Shown here one piece after another: positions 1 through 9,324 of a stretch of 64,000 bases of DNA; positions within the stretch are counted from its first letter, which is position 1; each line of letters opens with the position of its first letter. The position numbers and the translations under genes are program-made. This DNA comes from Bacteriovoracia bacterium. Its GTDB lineage: Bacteria > Bdellovibrionota > UBA1018 > CAIPTA01. Under the pieces are notes generated by a model that was given only the letters and a program-made list of their open reading frames with translations, had not been told where the DNA came from and did no database searches. The stretch spans positions 256,001 through 320,000 of the forward strand of contig JBFWVL010000002.1 of assembly GCA_050246755.1 (NCBI GenBank). Reading direction: 5' to 3'.

Positions 1-493
1 GCCAAAGGCGGCGATTGAACACGATGCCTTCGCGGGGCTCGCGGCGGGGGAGCAGTTCCTGGATAAAAAGCATGGGAGAGAAGAAGCGAGGGACCCGCGC
101 CATATAAGATGGGTAGTCTGCGAACTTTTCCTTCAGCACTTTTTCTTCCTCGCGGATGATCGCGATATGGATCAGCCAGGTGGCCACCAGGATCACGAAG
201 CTAAGCAGCCAGAGCTCTTGGGAAAGCGGAATCGCCACGCCGATAAGAATACTGCCGAGGTAGAGCGGGTTACGGGAAAAATGATAGGGACCGTTGAAGG
301 CGAGTTTGCTTTCTTTGTCGAGGCAGCCCGAGGCCCATACGCGCAGGATGGTGCCGAAGGCCAAAACTAATATCCCAAAGAGCTGGGGATGCTGGCGCAC
401 GGTTCCCAAAACGATGGGTAGGAGGATCCAGGAAAGCCACACGCGGAGTTTTCCGCGGAGCTCTCTTCGGTAAAATTCACTAAGCTTGCTCAT
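1..493 (-). CDS. Isoprenylcysteine carboxyl methyltransferase/PEMT-family membrane methyltransferase (3' end runs off window)
   Basis: Not in the ORF track. Translated by hand from ATG at 493: MSKLSEFYRRELRGKLRVWLSW...GPYHFSRNPLYLG...IREEEKVLKEKFADYPSYMRRVPRF, matching the ICMT/PEMT motifs (GPY, RNPxY, EE..L..F..Y..Y..VPR). Confidence 0.8.
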   Translation of the reverse strand, partial: MSKLSEFYRRELRGKLRVWLSWILLPIVLGTVRQHPQLFGILVLAFGTILRVWASGCLDKESKLAFNGPYHFSRNPLYLGSILIGVAIPLSQELWLLSFVILVATWLIHIAIIREEEKVLKEKFADYPSYMARVPRFFSPMLFIQELLPRREPREGIVFNRRLW

Positions 494-566
494 AAGGTGG
501 GCAAATCCTACCGAACCAGTTCGCGGAAGGGAAGAATTTCCTCGCGGCCTCATTGCGCAAGGCGTC

Positions 567-1007
567 CTAAGGTCGGAGCATTTCGGCGTGGGGGATATCG
601 TCTTCGAGGTAATTTTCGCCCGCGCGCACGAAGCCGAAACTCGCGTAAAATTTTTCCAGATAGGCCTGCGCTGAAATCCGAACGGGAACTTTCCCCCAAA
701 GCTCTTCTATTTTTTTGATTGCTTCGGCGGTTTGCGTGCGCCCCATGCCTGTGCCCCGGACTGAAGCCGCCGTCACCACGCGGCCGAGCGAAGGTTCTGG
801 GTACTTGAGGCCGGGAGGAAGGATGCGTAGGTACGCTACCAGGGCATTTTTTTCGCGGCCTAGTAAATGCCAGGATTCCTGGTCGAGCCCATCGCAGTCC
901 AGGTAAGGGCAGTTCTGTTCCACGATAAATACTTGCTGGCGGAGCGCCAGGATCTCGTAGAGCTCTTGGGCACTAAGCTCGTTAAATTTCTTCCACTGCC
1001 ACTTCAT
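567..1007 (-). CDS. elaA: ElaA-family GNAT acetyltransferase
   Basis: MKWQWKKFNELSAQELYEILALRQQVFIVEQNCPYLDCDG, SAQAYLEKFY, YLEDDIPHAEM. Start moved to ATG 1007, which has an SD-like GAAAGG. Confidence 0.9.
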   Translation of the reverse strand: MKWQWKKFNELSAQELYEILALRQQVFIVEQNCPYLDCDGLDQESWHLLGREKNALVAYLRILPPGLKYPEPSLGRVVTAASVRGTGMGRTQTAEAIKKIEELWGKVPVRISAQAYLEKFYASFGFVRAGENYLEDDIPHAEMLRP

Positions 1008-1085
1008 AAAGAACCTTTCCGAAAATCCAGTATAGCGTGCGAAAAAGTATTTTACACTTCGGGGAAGATGGGCCACCACTGAGGG

Positions 1086-1466
1086 ATGCCCGTCGACCAA
1101 GACCGACCTTCCACCTGGATTAGCTATAAGGCGCAGTTTTGCGCCAGTTGCCAGGCCACCTGCTGCACGATGCCGGTGGAGGTAAGGGTGGAAGATCTAG
1201 TGCGCATGGGCGTGGTTTCGGAAGACGAAGCCCAGGGTTCACTGAAAAAAGTGGCGCGGAGGCTTCAGGCCGAAGGCTTGGTAAAGAACTACCGCACCTC
1301 CACGGGCCTTTTCCTGCTGGAGCAAAAAAACGGCCGCGATTGCGTATTTCTCGGAGCCGATCGCCGATGCACGGTTTACGAAAATCGCCCGGGGGTTTGC
1401 CGCGGCTTTCCCGTGGTGCTCGGGCCCCGGGTGGGCTTTTGCCCTTACCGCCCGAAGCGGCCCTGA
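1086..1466 (+). CDS. YkgJ-family (UPF0153) cysteine-cluster protein
   Basis: CASCQATCC...CVFL...CTVYENRPGVCRGFP pattern. Confidence 0.85.
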   Translation: MPVDQDRPSTWISYKAQFCASCQATCCTMPVEVRVEDLVRMGVVSEDEAQGSLKKVARRLQAEGLVKNYRTSTGLFLLEQKNGRDCVFLGADRRCTVYENRPGVCRGFPVVLGPRVGFCPYRPKRP

Positions 1467-2308
1467 AAGTTTCCGTTTTTATAAAAGGCGGTGAGCAGGG
1501 CATCTTTTTGCCGGTAGAGCTCGTTCACCCAGAGGCCGCGGCCCGCGTCGTCGGGAGGTAAAGCGGCCATGGAGAAGCGGCGCACGTGCACGTGAATCCG
1601 CAAGGTGGCGCAAAATAATTCCTTCAAGTTCGGCGCGGGGCCTTCGTAGGCGATGGTGCAATCGTAGAGCGCGTCCACTTTTCCCTCGAGCCCGCGCAGG
1701 GTGGCCTCGAAGCCCTTCGTTCTCGGCAGCAATAAATGCTGGAGCGGGGGCATCCCCTGGCGCTTGGCGTAGGCTTGGCTCTTGGCCAGTTTTGCCGGCC
1801 GGATGCGCGTGCCTTCGAGAAAAGAGACCACCCAGAAGGGAAAACTGCTCTCCCGGAGCCGCGCGAAGGTGGCGAGCACCTTCGCCTTATCGGCGGCCCA
1901 ATTTCGTTTCACGAATACGCAATCGAGGAAGAGCATGCCCCAGCCGATTCCGGGCACCCACTTAAGCGGATCCTTCACGAACCACTTTAGGTCTTGCTGC
2001 CGGCCTTGGCGCCGGGCTACGGCCACGACCACCGGGATATCGGCCATCGCCTGGTGGTTGGCCACGAGAAAAATATTTTCTTCGCCCGAAAGGGCATCGC
2101 CGCTTTGCAAAATTTCCACACCGAGCACCGATTGCAGCGTGAAATCCAAAAAGGCAAACCAGCTGCCGCAGGCAAAGCGGTTGATTTGCTTGGCCAGCCA
2201 GGCGCTGAAGGGCCAGGCCAGCAGCGAGAGGCATTGCACCAGATTGCAGAGCAGGAGCGCGAGGCCTAAGAGCAGGGCGAATAGGAGGGCGAGGGGGATA
2301 CGCAGCAT
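1445..2308 (-). CDS. Lysophospholipid (1-acyl-glycerol-3-phosphate) acyltransferase, YihG/LCLAT-like
   Basis: NHQAMAD (HX4D), FVKRNW, FLEGTR, LLPRTKG motifs and an N-terminal TM helix. Start set at ATG 2308. Confidence 0.85.
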   Translation of the reverse strand: MLRIPLALLFALLLGLALLLCNLVQCLSLLAWPFSAWLAKQINRFACGSWFAFLDFTLQSVLGVEILQSGDALSGEENIFLVANHQAMADIPVVVAVARRQGRQQDLKWFVKDPLKWVPGIGWGMLFLDCVFVKRNWAADKAKVLATFARLRESSFPFWVVSFLEGTRIRPAKLAKSQAYAKRQGMPPLQHLLLPRTKGFEATLRGLEGKVDALYDCTIAYEGPAPNLKELFCATLRIHVHVRRFSMAALPPDDAGRGLWVNELYRQKDALLTAFYKNGNFQGRFGR

Positions 2309-2389
2309 GGCCGCAAGCTTAACGGATCGATTCAGTGCGCGCAAATCGAAGGCCTGTATTTGTGCGGCCCCAGCGTTTATACTCCCCGG

Positions 2390-3889
2390 ATGCGCGTAGC
2401 GATCATCGACCTTGGCACGAATTCCGTCCGTTTCGACATTCACTCCATCAGTGAAAGCGGAAAAACCAAGCTCCTCCACCGGGAGAAGCAAATGATCCGG
2501 CTGGGGCAGGGCGTGTTCCTCAAAGGAAAAATGGACCCCGATGCCATCCGCCGCGCCCTGCTTGCCTTCGATCACTTTCGCCGCGTGGCGGGTAATCTCC
2601 GCTGCCGCAAAGTGGTGGCCTTCGGCACGAGTGCCCTGCGCGAAGCCCAGGATTCGGCGCAGCTATTGGAGCAGGTGAGTGCCCGCACCGGCATCGACCT
2701 GCGCGTGATTTCCGGCAAAGAAGAAGCGAATTTGATCGCCCTCGGCGTGCTGGCCAACGAAAAGCTTCCGAGCGGCACCTTCGCCCTCGTGGATATCGGA
2801 GGGGGCTCCACCGAAGTGTCTCTCTGCCGCGGAAGCCAGGTTCGCTTTGGTGATAGTTTTCCGCTCGGCACTGCCCGCTTGCAGCAGGTTTTTTTGCGCC
2901 GAAGCCCGCCTAAGGCGCCCGCCGTGCAACAGCTGCGCGCGTATATCCAAAACATCCTGAAGGAAAAAATCAACGGCGAGGGCTGGCCGAAGGTATCGCA
3001 GATCCTCGCTTCGAGCGGCACGGCCAAGGCGATCGCGAAATTGCTCGGCCGCAAGGGCAAGGATGGTTTTTCCTTAGCCGAACTATCAGAGCTCGTGGCC
3101 ATCCTTTCCCGCAAAACCACCACCGAGCTATTGGATATTCCCGAAATGGAACCCAAGCGGGTAGACATGATCCTGGCCGGCGCCTTGCTCCTCGAGGAAA
3201 CCGCCTTGGCGCTCGGCGCGCGTAAAATCCTGCTCAGCGATTTTTCGCTGCGCGACGGCATCATCGAGGAAGAACGGCGGCTCGCCCGCGCGCACAAAAC
3301 CTCCCTGCTGGAGTTGCACCTCGACGAATTGATCGCCCGCGCCGTTTCCTTTGGGGGCCACGAAGCGCATATGCGCCACCTCGCGAAACTGGCCGAAGAG
3401 CTGTTCAATCGCCTGCAAAAAATCCACCGTCTCGAGCGGCGCTGGAAGGTATACCTGCTCGCGGCCGTGATTTTCCGCAATTGCGGCGAGCTCGTGGGAT
3501 TCGTGGGGAAAGAAAAACACGCCCACTATATCGTGAAGAACCTCGATATCCAGGCCATGGAAGCCTGGGAGCATGGTTTCATCGCGGACCTCTGTCTCCA
3601 CCAGAGCGGCGGAAAGATCAGCCAAAAAGACCTCAACGGCATCGCGAAAGAGCGCCGCGCGCCCTTCCGGAAGCTGCTCGGGCTGCTCCGTCTCGTGGTG
3701 GCGGTGGATCTCGGGCATAATACCACGCTGCACCTGAAGTCGGTGCGGGTCACCGGCACCGCCGTGAAGCTTATTTTCAGCGGAAAGGCGGCGGCCGGCC
3801 TGGAGCAGCTCCTGATCGACCGGAAAAAGAAATTATTCGAAGATGAATTCGGCCGTCAGCTCTTGCTGGAAGGCTTGAGAAAGCGCTGA
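2390..3889 (+). CDS. ppx: Ppx/GppA exopolyphosphatase
   Basis: AIIDLGTNS, TSALREA, VISGKEEA, DIGGGSTE, SLRDG motifs and a C-terminal degenerate HD-like domain. Start set at ATG 2390. Confidence 0.92.
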   Translation: MRVAIIDLGTNSVRFDIHSISESGKTKLLHREKQMIRLGQGVFLKGKMDPDAIRRALLAFDHFRRVAGNLRCRKVVAFGTSALREAQDSAQLLEQVSARTGIDLRVISGKEEANLIALGVLANEKLPSGTFALVDIGGGSTEVSLCRGSQVRFGDSFPLGTARLQQVFLRRSPPKAPAVQQLRAYIQNILKEKINGEGWPKVSQILASSGTAKAIAKLLGRKGKDGFSLAELSELVAILSRKTTTELLDIPEMEPKRVDMILAGALLLEETALALGARKILLSDFSLRDGIIEEERRLARAHKTSLLELHLDELIARAVSFGGHEAHMRHLAKLAEELFNRLQKIHRLERRWKVYLLAAVIFRNCGELVGFVGKEKHAHYIVKNLDIQAMEAWEHGFIADLCLHQSGGKISQKDLNGIAKERRAPFRKLLGLLRLVVAVDLGHNTTLHLKSVRVTGTAVKLIFSGKAAAGLEQLLIDRKKKLFEDEFGRQLLLEGLRKR

Positions 3890-5982
3890 TCGCGCAGCGG
3901 GGTTTGCGCGTAGCTTTTAATGGCCAGCTCCTCAAAATACCACTGTGCGCGATGCAGCTGGTCCTTTTTGGGAACCTTCGCCCATACGCCGCGAGAAGTG
4001 AGGCGCCGTGCCCTCACGTTGTCCTTTAAATATCCCGGGATCACGAAATCAGTGATGAAGGAAAAAATCCTCGGGTCGAGCACGGGGAAAGCGATTTCGA
4101 GCCGAGAAAAGAAATTTCTCGGCATCCAATCGGCGCTCGATAGGTACATCGCGTGCGACTGTTCGAAATAATAAATGCGGCTATGTTCGAGGAAGCGATC
4201 CACGATCGAGATCACGCGGATATTTTCGGAAAGGCCTTTTACGCCCGGAATCAGGGAGCAGGCTCCGCGCACGATGAGGTCCACCGACACGCCGGCCTGG
4301 GAGGCTAGGTAGAGATCCTCGATGATTTTCTCGTCCACGAGGGCGTTCACCTTGGCCACGATCCGGCCTTTTTTCCCCGCCTTCGCCGCCTCCGTTTCCG
4401 ACTTTATGAGCGCTCGCATTTTTTGGTGGAGCTTGGCCGGCGCGGTCACCAGGTGTTTGAACCCGGTAGGCACGTCTTTGCGAAAAACGGCGTCGAAGAA
4501 ATAACGGGCGTCTTCGCCGATCTCGGGATGCGCCGTGAGGATGGAAATATCGGTGTATTGCCGTGCGGTGCGGGCGGAATAATTGCCGGTGGAGAGGTGA
4601 GTATAGCGCACCACCTTATCGCCATGTCTGCGCGTAACGAGGGTTACCTTCGCGTGGAGCTTGAGCAGGCCGAAGCCAAACCTTACTTCGGCGCCGGCCT
4701 TGGCCAGTTCTTCGGCAATGCGCAGGTTATTGGATTCGTCGAAACGCGCCCGCAGCTCCAGGATCACACGCACTTTTTTCTTGGGCGCGGCTAGCTTAAG
4801 CAGGCCCACGATCTCGGAGACGGAATCGGTGCGGTAGATCGTTTGTTCGATCATGGTCACATGCGGATCCTCGCACGCGAGGCGCAGCCAAGAGAGGAAG
4901 GCCTCGAAGGAATCGTAGGGATGGTGGAGCATGAAATCGGCTTGGTCGATGGTCTCGAAAATTTTCGCCGGGGTTTTGAAGAGGGTCGGCAGCTTGGCGC
5001 GCAGCGGAGGGTTGGAATAGCCGGGTCTTTCGGAAATTTTTTCCGGCAGATTATTCACGAAGGAGAGTAAGCCGTGCAGGCAGAGCGTGGCCGGGGCGCG
5101 GAAGATCTGCCGCAGGTCCAGCTTGAGGTGGTCGGCTAGCTCGGGAAGGAAGTCCTTGGGGAAGTTTCCGCTGTGCTGAAGGCGCACGGATCTCCCTTTA
5201 TCGCGCGAGCCGATACTTTTGCGTACGAGGTCGGGAATGGATTCGGTGTCTCCATCCGGGATCTCGATCGTGAAGTCGGCATCGCGGGTGATTCGTAAAA
5301 TGCCGGGTTTTTCTTTGATGGGCAGCATCCGGTCGAGATGGGATTCCAGCAGTGCATCGAGAAAAAATACCTCGAGCTCGCCGCTGGCCGTATTTTGTTC
5401 CCAGAAGAGGGGAGGGAGGGAGCGGGGAACTTCGAAGTACAGATCCTTGTTCAGGTAAACGAGCAGCTGCGTGTTCTCTAGCTCGTTCACGGCGTGGAAG
5501 GTGAAGCCGGATTTCATGATGAGCTGGGGAAGGATTTTTTCTTCGAAGATCTTCGCGCCTAGCGCGAAGGCCGGGTGGTCGGTGGCGAGCCGTAGGTGCA
5601 GATTGATTTTTTCCAGCGCGCTTTCTTTACGCAAGGCTTCGAAAGCGCGCTGCTGGCGCTCCACGAAGGTGCGCACGCTTTCGAGCACGGTGCCATGCAC
5701 GCGTGCGAGATTCAGGCGGTTTTCCTCTATTTTCATCGCGGCTAATGAGCGCAGCAGGGAAGAGAACCGGATCATGAAAAATTCGTCGAGGTTCGAGGAG
5801 CAGATGGCGAGAAATTTTAGGCGCTTTAGCAGCGGGTTCGAACTCGAGCGGGCTTCCGCGAGCACCCGATCATTGAATTGGATCCAGCTGAGATCGCGGT
5901 GAATGAACGGCTTGGCCGGATCCAGCAGAAGGTAGGATAGGGTAGGTAACTTCGCTTCGCGAGGTACCGCTGTTTCACTCAT
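3856..5982 (-). CDS. ppk1: Polyphosphate kinase 1
   Basis: RDLSWIQFNDRVL, SSNLDEFFMIR, HHPYDSF, ELRARFDE, LKLHAK, HLSTGNY, DRFLEHSR, SSADWMPRN. Confidence 0.97.
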   Translation of the reverse strand: MSETAVPREAKLPTLSYLLLDPAKPFIHRDLSWIQFNDRVLAEARSSSNPLLKRLKFLAICSSNLDEFFMIRFSSLLRSLAAMKIEENRLNLARVHGTVLESVRTFVERQQRAFEALRKESALEKINLHLRLATDHPAFALGAKIFEEKILPQLIMKSGFTFHAVNELENTQLLVYLNKDLYFEVPRSLPPLFWEQNTASGELEVFFLDALLESHLDRMLPIKEKPGILRITRDADFTIEIPDGDTESIPDLVRKSIGSRDKGRSVRLQHSGNFPKDFLPELADHLKLDLRQIFRAPATLCLHGLLSFVNNLPEKISERPGYSNPPLRAKLPTLFKTPAKIFETIDQADFMLHHPYDSFEAFLSWLRLACEDPHVTMIEQTIYRTDSVSEIVGLLKLAAPKKKVRVILELRARFDESNNLRIAEELAKAGAEVRFGFGLLKLHAKVTLVTRRHGDKVVRYTHLSTGNYSARTARQYTDISILTAHPEIGEDARYFFDAVFRKDVPTGFKHLVTAPAKLHQKMRALIKSETEAAKAGKKGRIVAKVNALVDEKIIEDLYLASQAGVSVDLIVRGACSLIPGVKGLSENIRVISIVDRFLEHSRIYYFEQSHAMYLSSADWMPRNFFSRLEIAFPVLDPRIFSFITDFVIPGYLKDNVRARRLTSRGVWAKVPKKDQLHRAQWYFEELAIKSYAQTPLRDQRFLKPSSKS

Positions 5983-6049
5983 ACGTTTTGGAGCTCCAAA
6001 CCCTAAGAATAGTCAATCCGGGCGCGGGGCGCCATGGTTTTCGGCCTGT

Positions 6050-6119
6050 CTTAACGCAGTCCTAATAATTGCGCGGCATGCTTCACGCCGGCCTAAAGGA
6101 AGCCTAACCGGAACCTGAC
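6050..6119. promoter_or_regulatory. 11-bp-spaced direct repeats (CYTMAC-like hexamers), candidate OmpR/PhoB-family operator
   Basis: CTTAAC 6050 and CCTAAT 6061; CTTCAC 6081, CCTAAA 6092, CCTAAC 6103, CCTGAC 6114, lying between divergent ppk1 and the PHP gene. Confidence 0.5.
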
Positions 6120-6152
6120 CCGGCAAAGAGCTTTCCCGTCGATACTAAAATC

Positions 6153-6902
6153 ATGTTCTTAGCCGACTTTCACGTTCACACGAACCGCAGCGATGGAAAG
6201 CTTCCACTTAAAACGGTGATCGATCTTTACGGGGAGCATGGATTTGGCGCGATCGCGATCACCGATCACCTTTGCGACCAATATTCTTTTTTGGGGAAGG
6301 CCTCGCGGTTTCTCGGCTATAGCCTAAACGAAGAAAATTTTCAGCGTCACATGGAAGATCTGGCGGTGGAGAAAGAGCGGGCCTGGAAGCAATACCGCAT
6401 GGTGGTCCTTCCCGGGTTTGAAGTGACCAAAAATTCCGTCTCGAATCACCGTTCCTCCCATATGCTGGCGGTGGGCACGGAAAAATACGTGAACCCAAAT
6501 CTTTCCACCGAAGAAACTTGCGCGGCGATCCGTGAGCAGGGAGGGCTCGCGATTGCGGCCCATCCCGTATTTTCCCAGAAGATGGAGAAGCAAACCTATT
6601 TTCTTTGGGACCGCCGGGAGGAGTTACGCGGACATTTCGATGCCTGGGAAGTAGCGAGCGGCCCGCATTTATTTCCCGAGGTGATGCGTAGCGGACTACC
6701 GATGATCGCCAATAGTGACCTTCATCACGCCAAACAAATGACCAGCTGGAAGACGGTTTTGCGTTGTGAAAAAAATCCGGAAGCAATTTTGGACGCGATA
6801 CGTCGACAGGAAATTGAGTTCGCCTTTTACCGCGCTGACGCTGCAGAGCGTGGTATTTTTGGTGCGTCGTTTCGCGCCACCAGCCCCCCGCTGCAATTCT
6901 AA
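6153..6902 (+). CDS. PHP-domain metal-dependent phosphoesterase
   Basis: ADFHVHT..SDG, AITDH, AHP, NSDLH motifs. Confidence 0.88.
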   Translation: MFLADFHVHTNRSDGKLPLKTVIDLYGEHGFGAIAITDHLCDQYSFLGKASRFLGYSLNEENFQRHMEDLAVEKERAWKQYRMVVLPGFEVTKNSVSNHRSSHMLAVGTEKYVNPNLSTEETCAAIREQGGLAIAAHPVFSQKMEKQTYFLWDRREELRGHFDAWEVASGPHLFPEVMRSGLPMIANSDLHHAKQMTSWKTVLRCEKNPEAILDAIRRQEIEFAFYRADAAERGIFGASFRATSPPLQF

Positions 6903-6904
6903 AG

Positions 6905-6972
6905 TTGACCGGTCAAGAAAAGACGTTACACTTTCCCTACGATATAAATCGGACGCCTAATTTCGATTAGGC
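6905..6972 (+). promoter_or_regulatory. sigma70-like promoter of the DUF3015 gene, with a palindrome over the -35 and a UUCG leader hairpin
   Basis: TTGACC-N16-TACACT; TTGACCGGTCAA perfect palindrome 6905-6916; GCCTAAT-TTCG-ATTAGGC 6955-6972; SD TAGGAGG. Confidence 0.55.
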
Positions 6973-6995
6973 TTGGCAATGACTTAGGAGGCCTC

Positions 6996-7529
6996 ATGAA
7001 CACTGTATTCAAGCTAGCTGCGTTGGCTGTAGTTGCAACCCTTTCCGTTGCGGCTCAAGCTGCTCCCAAACAAAATAAAATCGCGATCAAGACCTATGAA
7101 TCCAGCCCTACCCGCCACAAAGCCGGCGGACAAAATATGGCCGGTTGCGGTCTCGGTTCGATGGTGGTGGACGATCCTACCAAATGGTCCCAAGTGCTCG
7201 CCGCTACCGTAAACGGAACCGGCTCGCAAACGATCGGTATCACTTTCGGCACCTCGAACTGCGTAGAAGACGGTGTGTCTTCCGCGGCTCGTGAAAAAGA
7301 TGCTTTCGTAGAAGCCAACTACGCTGAACTCCGTCGCGACCTCGCTACCGGTTCGGGCGCCTACCTCAGCTCCCTCGCCAGCCTCTACGGCTGCAAGGGC
7401 GAAGCGGCTCAAGGCTTCAACAAGGTTCTCCGCAACCATAACGAAAAAATCATCAACGCGAATCCGGCCACTGCCTCCAGCGTGATTGATTCCGTAGTTA
7501 CGGCTGCCGGCGTTAGCTGCCAAGGCTAA
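6996..7529 (+). CDS. DUF3015-family secreted protein
   Basis: Signal peptide ending AAQA; AGCGLGS, ATVNGTGSQTIGITFGTSNC, DLATGSGAYLSSLASLYGC motifs. Confidence 0.85.
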   Translation: MNTVFKLAALAVVATLSVAAQAAPKQNKIAIKTYESSPTRHKAGGQNMAGCGLGSMVVDDPTKWSQVLAATVNGTGSQTIGITFGTSNCVEDGVSSAAREKDAFVEANYAELRRDLATGSGAYLSSLASLYGCKGEAAQGFNKVLRNHNEKIINANPATASSVIDSVVTAAGVSCQG

Positions 7530-7541
7530 TTTAGCCTTTTT
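7522..7541 (+). terminator. Putative intrinsic terminator after DUF3015
   Basis: AAGGCTA-ATT-TAGCCTT running into a T-tract, overlapping the stop codon. Confidence 0.5.
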
Positions 7542-7575
7542 CATTGGGCCATGGCTCTGCTACCCTCCGGGGGGC

Positions 7576-9324
7576 ATGAGATCCGTGGCCCTTTTTTTAT
7601 TTTTCTTTTCCGTGCCCGCGTTTGCCGAACTTAAGGCCAGCGATCCGTCTTGGCGGGCGCTGCTGCATTTTAGCGGAAGCGATTCCACCATCAATCCTAA
7701 AGGCGCGTTTTTTCTCGCGGCGGAGGGCTTTCGTGATCCCGCCGCCGAGCTTGAAGCCACTAAAAAATTCTTCGCCCAAAATCCGGAAGCGCCTTGCCGT
7801 TACCCCGCGCGAGCGCTTGCGCTCGGCTGGAAAAAAGAAGGGCGCGGGGAAGCCTGCCTGCGCTGGAAAAATTGGCGGGAAGCGATTCGCCCTAAGGGCC
7901 TCGAGCTAGTTTTTGCCTCGGCTTTTCTGAACAGCCCGGCTTCGATGTACGGGCATACCCTGCTGAAGTTTCCCCGGGCCGGAAAAACCGAAGGGGAAGA
8001 GCTGCTCGATTATACTCTCAACTACGGGGCTAATACCGCCGGCACCAAGGGCGTGGCCTACGTATGGATGGGGCTGTTCGGCGGCTTCGATGGCTTGTTC
8101 ACTACCGAGCCCTTTTACCTGAAGGTAAAAGAATACAATTTCATCGAGAACCGGGATTTTTGGATTTATCCGGTGAATGTTTCTCCGGCCGAAATCGAAT
8201 TATTGCTGGCGCATGCCTGGGAGCTTCGCGATACCGGGCTTCCTTATTATTTTTTGCGCAAGAATTGTTCTTACTATCTCCTGGAATTTCTCGAGGTGGC
8301 GCGGCCGGGATCGGAGCTCACTAAAGATTTTCCCTTGTGGGCGGTTCCCCTCGATACGATCCGCGTGCTGAAAGAAAGAGGATGGATCGGCGAGCCGCGC
8401 TTTCGCCCTTCGCGCTCCAAGCAGCTCGAAGCGGAGTGGAACGAGCTGAGCGGAAGCGAGCGCACCTTGGCCGGAAAATTAGCTAAGGGAGAAAATAGTC
8501 CGCTTCCTCCCCAGCGGGAAGCGAAGGTGCTCGACGCCGCCTACGACCTCTGGAAATACCGGAACGAAGCCAAGGCCGGAGCCGATCTCAAGGTGGAGGA
8601 TTTTCTTCTGCGCGAAAGAAGCCGCTATAAAGATCCCGTGCAGGTATTCGAGTTCCGAGAGACGAAACCCGAGAACGGACACCGCTCCGGACGCTTAGGG
8701 CTAGCGGGCGGGCTAAACCGTCTTCACGCCTTTGGCGAAATTCAGTACCGGGGCACTTTCCACGATCTGCTCGGGCCACCCGAAGGCTACGAACCGTACA
8801 GCGAGCTCTCCATGGGAGATATGCGGGCACGTTTCGAGAAAGGCCGTTTCTACCTGGACCGCTTCGACGTGCTCCGGATTCGCGCCCTCTCTCCGCGCAG
8901 CGAGTGGTTCCCGCGTTTTGCTTGGTCGGTGAAGTTTGGCTTCGACCGCGCCAAAGAATTTCTCTGCGCCGATTGGCGCTGCTCTAAAGGCTTGGTCAAC
9001 GGCGGCGGCGGGATCTCCGCGAAGATCGGCCCCGTTTTGTTCTTCGCGCTGGCGGAAGGGGACGCGGAAGTGGGGGGAGTTTTCGATCCGAACTACCGGC
9101 TTGCGGCCGGCCCGAGTGGAGGAATTTTTCTGCCCCTCTGGAAAGGCGGCCGGGCCCTGGCGGAGGCTGAATACCGCTGGCGTATCTTGGGCGAAAAATT
9201 TCAGCGCCGCCCACTACGGTTAGGGCTTTCGCAAACCTTGGGGCCCAATTGGGAATTGCGCGCGCAAGGCGAAACGAATCGCGGCTACCGCGAAGCCTCG
9301 GCCGGCCTCTTCCACTATTTCTGA
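7576..9324 (+). CDS. DUF4105 (Lnb N-terminal-like) domain protein with a C-terminal beta-barrel-like region
   Basis: Signal peptide (PAFA); CRYPAR, SPASMYGHTLL (His), YYFLRKNCSY (Cys); amphipathic strands ending ...AGLFHYF. Confidence 0.82.
   Translation: MRSVALFLFFFSVPAFAELKASDPSWRALLHFSGSDSTINPKGAFFLAAEGFRDPAAELEATKKFFAQNPEAPCRYPARALALGWKKEGRGEACLRWKNWREAIRPKGLELVFASAFLNSPASMYGHTLLKFPRAGKTEGEELLDYTLNYGANTAGTKGVAYVWMGLFGGFDGLFTTEPFYLKVKEYNFIENRDFWIYPVNVSPAEIELLLAHAWELRDTGLPYYFLRKNCSYYLLEFLEVARPGSELTKDFPLWAVPLDTIRVLKERGWIGEPRFRPSRSKQLEAEWNELSGSERTLAGKLAKGENSPLPPQREAKVLDAAYDLWKYRNEAKAGADLKVEDFLLRERSRYKDPVQVFEFRETKPENGHRSGRLGLAGGLNRLHAFGEIQYRGTFHDLLGPPEGYEPYSELSMGDMRARFEKGRFYLDRFDVLRIRALSPRSEWFPRFAWSVKFGFDRAKEFLCADWRCSKGLVNGGGGISAKIGPVLFFALAEGDAEVGGVFDPNYRLAAGPSGGIFLPLWKGGRALAEAEYRWRILGEKFQRRPLRLGLSQTLGPNWELRAQGETNRGYREASAGLFHYF

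Noticed and set aside
6933-6995. DUF3015 leader as a riboswitch
   Set aside because: It is too short (about 55 nt), has only one stable hairpin, and shows no recognisable aptamer consensus such as c-di-GMP GEMM or TPP.
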